Part shown: positions 7,013 through 13,178 of the stretch, in pieces
Position numbering within the stretch: the first letter of the stretch is position 1
Layout: each line of letters begins with the position of its first letter
Assembly: GCA_031362565.1 (NCBI GenBank)
Contig: JANLSU010000077.1
Span: 1-13,178, forward strand
Reading direction: 5' to 3'
From: a bacterium
GTDB lineage: Bacteria; Krumholzibacteriota; Krumholzibacteriia; G020349025
Length of the DNA: 13,178 nucleotides
The notes under the pieces: model-generated
What the model was told of the DNA's origin: nothing
What the model saw: only the letters and a program-made list of their open reading frames with translations
Databases searched by the model: none
Translations under genes and position numbers: made by a program

Positions 7013-8506
7013 ATGATTCTGAGTACTGCACCGTTGCGAAAACACCGGGACTATCGGCTCCTGTTCACCGGCCAGCTCGTATCGACCTTCGGCAGCATGA
7101 TTACCTACGTCGCGGTTCCCGTGCAGGTCTTCGAACGGACTCATTCCAGCCTCGTGGTCGGAATGCTTGGCGCCGCACAACTCGTGCCCCTGTTGCTGTG
7201 TGCACTGTGGGGTGGCGCCTATGCCGACGCCCTGGACCGCCGCCGCCTGCTCATCGTTTCCGAAGTGCTGATGGCGCTCGGATCGCTGGCGCTCGTCCTC
7301 AACTCCCTGTTCACTGCACCAAGTGTGCCGCTGATCTTCGTGGTGTCGGCGGCGATGTCGGCGGTCAACGGCTTTCACCGTCCGGCAATGGATGCCATGA
7401 CCCCGCGTCTGGTCGATCGTGAAGACTTGACGGCCGTCTCGGCATTGGGGACGCTGCGCTTTTCGGTGAGCGCGATCGCCGGTCCGGCGCTCGGCGGCGT
7501 CTGCATCGCGACCCTGGGGTATTCTGCGACTTACTTGATCGACGTGGTGTCGTTTCTGATTTCGCTGTTGGCCCTGGCCGCGATGCGTTCGATGCCACCC
7601 CCGTCCGATGCCGCCGCTCCCGGCTTGCGCAGCATCCTCGCCGGCCTCGAGTATGCGCGCCGCCGCCCCGAGTTGATCGGTACGTACATCGTCGATCTGG
7701 TCGCCATGACATTCGCGATGCCGATGGCGCTCTTTCCAGCGATCGCGGCTCAGTCTGGAAGCACTCCACGTGCCGGCTGGCTGTACGCGGCGATGGCGGT
7801 TGGCAGCTTGATCACGACGGTCTTCAGTGGCTGGACATCGCGAGTTCGCCGCCACGGCGCTGCCGTCATCGTTGCGGCGGCCCTCTGGGGCGTGGCGATC
7901 GTCGGCCTTGGATTCACACCGACGTTCACCGGCGGGCTCATTTGTCTGGCGATCGCCGGTGCCGCCGACATGGTGAGCGGCCTGTTTCGTTTGACGATGT
8001 GGAACGAAACGATTCCAATCGACTTGCGCGGCCGCCTGGCGGGCGTCGAAATGTTCAGCTATCTCAGCGGCCCGTTGCTGGGAAACGCCCGCGCCGGCTG
8101 GATGGCGTCGGCGACTTCGAATCGCATCTCGATTGTTTCGGGGGGCCTCGCCTGCGTCGCCGGAGTGTTGCTCTGCATCCCGCTCCTGCCGGCTTTCTGG
8201 CGTATCGCAGCGGGGCGCGGCCCACCGATCGGTCTGCACCGCCGCAAAGCCAGTCTAATAACTGATTGTTTTAATATAACTTACGTGTATTTTATAAAGC
8301 GGTCCCGCAATGGGATTGTTTTAATTGATCCCAAGGTGGGATCGTATTATGCTCTATGGCATGAGGGTGGTGGGGACTCAGAAGCTTGTCGACTTCGTGG
8401 CTCGCCACGCCGGCGTGGCCGGCTCCGTTGGGGCCTGGCTCGCAGAAGTGCAAGCAGCGACGTGGCAAACGACTCACGACATTCGCGCTCGCTATGTTTC
8501 GGCTAG
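7013..8506 (+). CDS. MFS transporter (EntS/MFS_3-like); probable 3' frameshift, likely native stop at 8265
   Basis: About 12 TMs, LRKHRDYRLLFTGQLVS, GGAYADALDRRRLL, IPIDLRGR. As sequenced it reads through the AT-rich promoter and 146 nt into higB. One added base near 8203 gives FWRYRSG...SNN-stop at 8263-8265. Confidence 0.9.
   Translation: MILSTAPLRKHRDYRLLFTGQLVSTFGSMITYVAVPVQVFERTHSSLVVGMLGAAQLVPLLLCALWGGAYADALDRRRLLIVSEVLMALGSLALVLNSLFTAPSVPLIFVVSAAMSAVNGFHRPAMDAMTPRLVDREDLTAVSALGTLRFSVSAIAGPALGGVCIATLGYSATYLIDVVSFLISLLALAAMRSMPPPSDAAAPGLRSILAGLEYARRRPELIGTYIVDLVAMTFAMPMALFPAIAAQSGSTPRAGWLYAAMAVGSLITTVFSGWTSRVRRHGAAVIVAAALWGVAIVGLGFTPTFTGGLICLAIAGAADMVSGLFRLTMWNETIPIDLRGRLAGVEMFSYLSGPLLGNARAGWMASATSNRISIVSGGLACVAGVLLCIPLLPAFWRIAAGRGPPIGLHRRKASLITDCFNITYVYFIKRSRNGIVLIDPKVGSYYALWHEGGGDSEACRLRGSPRRRGRLRWGLARRSASSDVANDSRHSRSLCFG
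8303..8353 (+). promoter_or_regulatory. higBA promoter with two palindromic operators
   Basis: TTGATC(8325-8330)-N17-TATGCT(8348-8353), then 7 nt to ATG 8361. Perfect GATCCCA-AGG-TGGGATC (8327-8343) and a variant TCCCG-CAA-TGGGA (8303-8315). Confidence 0.7.
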
Positions 8507-8645
8507 TTTTCTGCGCGACAACCACGTCGTGTTCAACATCAGGGGAAATCGGTATCGAATTGGGGTTCAGATTGCGTTCAAGTTGCAGGTTGTTGTGGTG
8601 AAGTTCATCGGCACCCATGCCGAGTACGACCGCTGGCAGCCATAA
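8361..8645 (+). CDS. higB: HigB family toxin (RelE-like mRNA interferase)
   Basis: 94 aa from ATG 8361: MRVVG...W...V..A.W...I...Y.SAS...VVFNIRGNRYR...FIGTHAEYD. Toxin precedes antitoxin. Confidence 0.92.
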   Translation: MRVVGTQKLVDFVARHAGVAGSVGAWLAEVQAATWQTTHDIRARYVSASFLRDNHVVFNIRGNRYRIGVQIAFKLQVVVVKFIGTHAEYDRWQP

Positions 8646-8654
8646 GGAGTGGAA

Positions 8655-9872
8655 ATGGAACCCCGAATCATCAAGACGAGCGAAGAGTACGAGGCTGCGC
8701 TGGCGGAAGTCGAGCGGCTGGTCGGTCTGGATCCCGAACCCGGGTGCGCCGACGGTGACCGCCTCGAGGTACTCGCACTTCTCGTAGAGGAGTACGAACA
8801 GCGGCATTTCAAGACTGCGAACGCCAGCCCAATCGACGCGATTGCGTTTCGCATGGAGCAACAGGGGCTTTGCGCCCGCGACCTCGTGCCGTTTCTCGGT
8901 ACCCGGGGACGAGTATCCGAGGTCATGTCCGGGCGGCGCGACCTCACACTCCCGATGATCAGGGCCCTCAATCAGCATCTTGGCGTGCCGGCGGAGAGCC
9001 TGTTGAGCTGTCCAACGAAAGTCGCGCCGGAACGCTGGGATGATGTAAGCCGATTCCCTCTGCGTGAAATGATCCGGAGGAAGTGGATTTCCGATCCCGT
9101 TGACGCCGGCCGCTCCGCAGAAGAGTTGGTCCACGAGTTCTTCGCACCGCTTGGTGCGGGTTCGCCCTTGACGGCGTTGTATCGTCGAACGACGACCGAG
9201 CGAAGCGCGCGCCGAATGGACCCGTATTGCTTGCTTGCGTGGAGGGCCCGGGTGCTGTCTGAAGCAGAAGCCCCGTCAAGAAACATGCGTCCGTTCAACG
9301 GCAATCTGCAACCGACACTTGTTCGTGATGTCGTTCGTCTCAGTGCCTCCGACTCTGGACCGCTAGCTGTCGCCGGGAAGCTTGCCGAATACGGAATTGT
9401 ATTCGTGGTGGAACCCCACCTGCCGAAAACATGGCTCGACGGCGCTGCGATGACCGGCTCTGATGGTCGCCCGGTCATCGGCGTGACACTGCGCCATGAC
9501 CGAATCGACGCATTCTGGTTCTGTGTTGCGCACGAACTAGCTCACGTAATTTTGCACCTACGCGATGGGGCTACTTCGTTCGTCGACGACCTTGAGCCTG
9601 GACCGGACGTCAGTCCCCTCGAAGCCGAGGCTGATGAGCTAGCCGGCGAGTCATTGGTCCCAACGAGTATTTGGCGCCGGAGCCGGGCATGTCTTCAGGG
9701 CTCGCCAGAGGCCGTTACGGAGTTGGCGGCGAGCTTGGGAGTGAGTCCCGCGATCGTCGCCGGTCGAGTCCGGTTCGAGCGTCGCAACTATCGCATTCTT
9801 GGACAAATGGTGGGCACCGGCCGGGTGCGGGGGTTGTTCTCCGGGATAAGTTGGACGGAGAGCAAGCCCTGA
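8655..9872 (+). CDS. higA: HigA-type HTH antitoxin fused to an ImmA/IrrE-family metallopeptidase
   Basis: AAGGAG SD (8644-8649). IKTSEEYEAAL...LEVLALLVEEYE...PIDAIAFRMEQQGL...GRVSEVMSGRRDLTLPMIRAL (HigA HTH), then DGAA, IGVTLRHDRIDAFWFCVAHELAH (HExxH) and EAEAD. Confidence 0.9.
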   Translation: MEPRIIKTSEEYEAALAEVERLVGLDPEPGCADGDRLEVLALLVEEYEQRHFKTANASPIDAIAFRMEQQGLCARDLVPFLGTRGRVSEVMSGRRDLTLPMIRALNQHLGVPAESLLSCPTKVAPERWDDVSRFPLREMIRRKWISDPVDAGRSAEELVHEFFAPLGAGSPLTALYRRTTTERSARRMDPYCLLAWRARVLSEAEAPSRNMRPFNGNLQPTLVRDVVRLSASDSGPLAVAGKLAEYGIVFVVEPHLPKTWLDGAAMTGSDGRPVIGVTLRHDRIDAFWFCVAHELAHVILHLRDGATSFVDDLEPGPDVSPLEAEADELAGESLVPTSIWRRSRACLQGSPEAVTELAASLGVSPAIVAGRVRFERRNYRILGQMVGTGRVRGLFSGISWTESKP

Positions 9873-9894
9873 CGAGTACACCCTTGTACTCGCC
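9871..9894. terminator. Hairpin between convergent higA and recQ
   Basis: CGAGTACA-CCCT-TGTACTCG (9873-9892), a 10-bp stem on the minus strand with one G-U. No U-tract. Confidence 0.4.
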
Positions 9895-9903
9895 ACTGCT
9901 CCA

Positions 9904-11490
9904 TTACGCCCGCAGAAGCTCCAGAAAAGCGTCGCCGTAGCGCTCCAACTTGACCGGTCCGACGCCGGAGATGGCGCGAAGTGCGCCGTGCGTCTGCGGC
10001 GCCTCGCGCGCCATGGCGCGCAGTACCGCGTCGCTGAACACGATGTAGGCCGGCACGCCGTCGGCATCGGCGATGCGTTTGCGGAGTGCCCGCAAGCGCT
10101 CGAAGCGCTCTTGTTCGGCGCCAAAGTCGTGCGGGCCCGCACTGGCGTGCAGTTGCGTCAGCGCCACTTCGAGCCGTGACGGCGCATCGAGAGTCGCGGC
10201 AGCGCCACGCTTGCTGCGCGGGCGCCGCGGCACTGGTACCACGATGCTCTCCACACCCACCCCGCGACACACGTCGCACGACGTACCGCAGGCTTCGATG
10301 ACTTCGTCGAAATAGCGCACCAACTCGGCATGCCGGCACGCCCCGCGCGACGCCAATTCGAACAGATCGATCGTCTTGCGCCGGGTGTCCTCGCGCAGCG
10401 TCGCATCGTCCAAGTCCTCCAGAAACCGGTCGTAGGCCAGGACGTCCGCCCAAGAATAGAAGAGCACGCAGTCGCTCGGCTCGCCGTCGCGCCCGGCGCG
10501 GCCGATCTCCTGGTACCAGGCCTCGATGCTGCGCGGCATGTCCTTGTGGATGACGAAGCGCACGTTGCTCTTGTCGATTCCCATCCCGAAAGCCACGGTC
10601 GCCACGATCACGTCCGCTTCGTCGCGGGCGAACGCATCCTGAGCGCGACCCCGTTCGGCATCGCCCAGGCCGGCGTGATACGCCGTGGCGCGCACCCCTT
10701 GGCCCCGCAGCCACTCGGTCGTCTGGTCGACGGACTTGCGGCTCATGCAATAGACGATGCCGCTGTCGCCGGCGTGCCGGGTGATGATGCCCAGGATGTC
10801 CTCGCGCACGTTGCGGCCGGTGCCCTTGCGATGCGCCGTGATGTGCAGATTCGAGCGGAAGAAACTGCCCTTGTAGCCGTCGGGTTTCGACATGCCGAGC
10901 TGGCGCAGGATGTCGAGCGCCACGCGGCGCGTCGCGGTCGCGGTCAGCGCCAGGACCGGAATCGCGCCCAGTTCCTGTTTTAGTCCAGCCAAGCGCCGGT
11001 ACGCAGGGCGGAAATCATGTCCCCAGTGGCTGATGCAGTGCGCTTCGTCCACCACCACGAGACCGATGGGACAGCCGGCGATGAAGCCCCGCAGCGAGCC
11101 CTCGAGCGCTTCGGGCGCCAAATAGATGATTTCGAGCTCACCGCGGCGCAGTTGCCCCAGCCGGCGCTGGCGCTCTTCCCAGTCGAGGCTCGAATTGACC
11201 ATCGTGGCCCGGAATCCCAGACGCACGAGAGCGTCCACCTGGTCCTTCATCAAGGAAATGAGCGGCGACAGGACGAGCACCGTACCCGAGAGGATCTTGG
11301 CGGGGATCTGGAAGGTGATCGATTTGCCGGCGCCGGTGGGCATCACACCGATGCAATCGCGGCCGCGCAGAACGGCATCGATCAGGTGGCGCTGGCCGGG
11401 CCGGAACTCCCGGTATCCGAAAATACTCTCAAGGACGTCTTGCGGGTCCTTGCTGCGGCGCGAAATGTCCGAAACGACGGGCTCGAGCAA
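9904..11490 (-). CDS. recQ: RecQ family DNA helicase (helicase core, Zn-binding, HRDC; no winged helix)
   Basis: FGYREFRPGQ, MPTGAGKS, SPLISLMKDQV, DEAHCISHWGHDFRP, ATVAFGMGIDK, QEIGRAGRDG, CRH...CGTSCDVC, HRDC VPAYIVFSD...ISGVGPVKLERYG. GAGGAG SD 5 nt before TTG 11490. Confidence 0.96.
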   Translation of the reverse strand: MLEPVVSDISRRSKDPQDVLESIFGYREFRPGQRHLIDAVLRGRDCIGVMPTGAGKSITFQIPAKILSGTVLVLSPLISLMKDQVDALVRLGFRATMVNSSLDWEERQRRLGQLRRGELEIIYLAPEALEGSLRGFIAGCPIGLVVVDEAHCISHWGHDFRPAYRRLAGLKQELGAIPVLALTATATRRVALDILRQLGMSKPDGYKGSFFRSNLHITAHRKGTGRNVREDILGIITRHAGDSGIVYCMSRKSVDQTTEWLRGQGVRATAYHAGLGDAERGRAQDAFARDEADVIVATVAFGMGIDKSNVRFVIHKDMPRSIEAWYQEIGRAGRDGEPSDCVLFYSWADVLAYDRFLEDLDDATLREDTRRKTIDLFELASRGACRHAELVRYFDEVIEACGTSCDVCRGVGVESIVVPVPRRPRSKRGAAATLDAPSRLEVALTQLHASAGPHDFGAEQERFERLRALRKRIADADGVPAYIVFSDAVLRAMAREAPQTHGALRAISGVGPVKLERYGDAFLELLRA

Positions 11491-11523
11491 CGGGACTCCT
11501 CACTGGGGAGACGCGGGCGGCAC

Positions 11524-11552
11524 ATTGTACGGAACGTCAGGACACGGGTCCA
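11524..11552 (-). promoter_or_regulatory. Sigma-70-like promoter of recQ
   Basis: Minus strand TGGACC(11552-11547)-N17-TACAAT(11529-11524), upstream of the SD. Confidence 0.5.
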
Positions 11553-11770
11553 CCGGATCATCGCGGCGCGCAACCGGTTCGCGTCGCGGCCTCCAAGTTG
11601 GTACGAGATACGCTCCGCGGTGCCTGGGCTCCGGGCCGGACTTCGGGGCGCATCGAATTGTGGCTGCGCCGCGGCTGCAGTACTACAGTGCCGCGTGGGA
11701 CGCGGGGTGGGGACGTCGGGTGCACACATCGGTTCCGAATCGGCGTGTGCGAACGGGCTTGGGACGCGAC

Positions 11771-12559
11771 TTGGCTTCTCGCAACAACGATTCGACACGC
11801 TATGGCCGCCGGCGCACGGACCGCGATCCGGTGCTGCTCGACGTGCGGCGCTTTGCGCAACCCGACGACGTAACCTGCGGGCCCACGTGCCTGGCGCAGG
11901 TGTACCGTTTCTATTCCTACAAGAAGCAATTGCGCGATGTCATTCGCGAAACGCCCCGCAACCCGGATGGCGGCACGCTCGCCGTCTACTTGGGAACGAG
12001 CGCCTTGCGCAACGGCTTCGGTGCGACGATCTATTCGTATAATTTGCGGGTCTTCGACCCAACATGGAGCAAGCTCGGCCCGAAGGCGATGGTGCGCCGG
12101 CTCCACAAACGCATTGTGGCCGTCGAATCGTCGCGCCTGCGCCGCTCGCTCGAGGCTTACGTCGACTACCTCGAACTCGGCGGGCGGGTGCAGTTTCCGG
12201 AACTGAGCCGCAAGCTTCTGGTCGAAAGCCTGGACCGCAACCGGCCGATTCTGTGCGGCCTGTCGGCGACCTATCTGTACTCGTGCAAGCGCGAGCACGG
12301 CAATCGCTACGACGACATTCAGGGCATGCCCGTCGGGCATTTCGTGGTGATCTGCGGCTACTACCCGCGCACCGACCGCTTCCTGGTTCGCGATCCCTCG
12401 AGCCACATCCCATTCAGCCGCTCGGGGAAATACACCGTGGATGCGGAGCGGCTCATCGCCGCCGTCTTGCTGGGCGACGTCACCTACGACGCCGACCTCC
12501 TGGTTCTCTCACCGCCGAAGAAACATGCGAACGGAGCTGAGGGTTCAAATGCCACCTGA
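11771..12559 (+). CDS. Peptidase C39-like (papain-fold) protein
   Basis: QPDDVTCGPTCL (Gln/Cys), GGTLAVYLG, GLSATYLY, GHFVVICGY (His), VRDP (Asp). Start uncertain (TTG 11771 or GTG 11831); the track's 11126 start overlaps recQ and is not credible. Confidence 0.8.
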   Translation: MASRNNDSTRYGRRRTDRDPVLLDVRRFAQPDDVTCGPTCLAQVYRFYSYKKQLRDVIRETPRNPDGGTLAVYLGTSALRNGFGATIYSYNLRVFDPTWSKLGPKAMVRRLHKRIVAVESSRLRRSLEAYVDYLELGGRVQFPELSRKLLVESLDRNRPILCGLSATYLYSCKREHGNRYDDIQGMPVGHFVVICGYYPRTDRFLVRDPSSHIPFSRSGKYTVDAERLIAAVLLGDVTYDADLLVLSPPKKHANGAEGSNAT

Positions 12560-13178
12560 ACGGAGTGGGTTCGTGGTCGTCATGGAGGGCACCCGCACCC
12601 CGGTCCTTGCCGGAATTCCGACGCTCGGCGCCGACGAATACCTGGAAGGACTGGGCGACGCTCTGTCGGCAGACACCGTAGTCGTCAATCTGTGCAGGTC
12701 CTATCAGTACCTGTCGAAGGGTTATTACGTGTCGTTGCTCGCGGATGCGCGCCGGCAACGCGTCTTCCCGAGCTTGCGGACCATCGAACAGGCACGGCAT
12801 GCGTCCATCGGACTGCGCGCGCTGCGTGATGTAGGTTTGCCGGTCGCCGACGCCCGCACCGTGCGCGAGCTGCGCCGCAACCTGGCGCGCGGCGGCAGTA
12901 ACAGCACCAGTGCCGGGCCCGGCGAGCGCCGGACGGAAGAAGTCTTCGCCTTGACGGCGAACGGGAGCGGCCCGCGCCACGGAGCACCGACGCGCGAGGC
13001 AGCGGCGCCGGCGACCGGCGCCACGACTACCGATCTCCCCGAGAGCGGCTACGCCGAAGCGTGGAGTGTCTTCGGCCAGACCGTCGGTGACCGCTTTCAA
13101 AGCCAGTGCGCCGCGATTTTTGCCGTGCATCCGTTTCCGCTCCTCAAGGTGCGCTTCTACCTACACGAGGACGAATGG
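12549..13178 (+). CDS. RLAN-domain protein (N-terminus of a RimK-like ATP-grasp ligase), truncated by window end
   Basis: Own translation, 210 open codons from ATG 12549: MPPERSGFVVV...ADEYL...VVNLCRSYQYLSKGYYVSLLADARRQRVFPS...VFGQT...IFAVHPFPLLKVRF...W. Overlaps the peptidase end by 11 nt; GAGGG upstream. Not in the ORF track. Confidence 0.88.
   Translation, partial: MPPERSGFVVVMEGTRTPVLAGIPTLGADEYLEGLGDALSADTVVVNLCRSYQYLSKGYYVSLLADARRQRVFPSLRTIEQARHASIGLRALRDVGLPVADARTVRELRRNLARGGSNSTSAGPGERRTEEVFALTANGSGPRHGAPTREAAAPATGATTTDLPESGYAEAWSVFGQTVGDRFQSQCAAIFAVHPFPLLKVRFYLHEDEW

Noticed and set aside
5005..8239. Long antisense ORFs 5005-5817, 5513-6196, 5911-6573 and 6584-8239
   Set aside because: They lie opposite or out of frame with the clear histidine kinase and MFS genes, as expected in high-GC DNA.
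8325..8360. Longer higB start at 8325
   Set aside because: The TTG is the -35 box and the extension covers the operator. The family-like N-terminus MRVVG begins at 8361.
8250..9903. IS/transposon or target-site duplication around the TA module
   Set aside because: No transposase, terminal inverted repeats or flanking direct repeats were found by eye.
11126..11770. N-terminal 215 aa of the 477-aa ORF
   Set aside because: It overlaps recQ antisense and its promoter, and is Arg/Ser-rich without motifs.
11598..11873. Small ORF as a RiPP precursor for the C39 peptidase or ATP-grasp
   Set aside because: TTG start without SD, no double-glycine leader or repeated core motifs, and it overlaps the peptidase start.
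12480..13130. 216-aa minus-strand ORF
   Set aside because: Shadow of the plus-strand RLAN gene, which has clear family motifs.

Overview
A GC-rich bacterial window, mostly chromosomal-looking. It opens with a ~232 bp nested palindrome (REPIN/MITE-like) and a terminator. Genes in order: a lipoprotein with 8-aa tandem repeats and a TrbI/VirB10-like plus glycine-zipper C-terminus (-); an EamA/DMT transporter; an overlapping three-gene unit of membrane Ser/Thr kinase, GNAT and ABM-GNAT fusion; an orphan HAMP histidine kinase (-) behind a consensus sigma-54 promoter; an MFS transporter with a probable 3' single-base frameshift; an apparently inserted toxin-antitoxin module (HigB plus a HigA-HTH/ImmA-IrrE metallopeptidase fusion) with readable promoter and operators; a RecQ helicase lacking the winged-helix domain (-); and a C39-like peptidase overlapping an RLAN-domain (RimK-like ATP-grasp) gene that runs off the window and is missing from the ORF track. 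The best leads are the protease-fused antitoxin module, the C39 + RLAN pair, the terminal palindrome and the kinase-GNAT-ABM/GNAT unit. All calls come from reading motifs by eye; no searches were run.
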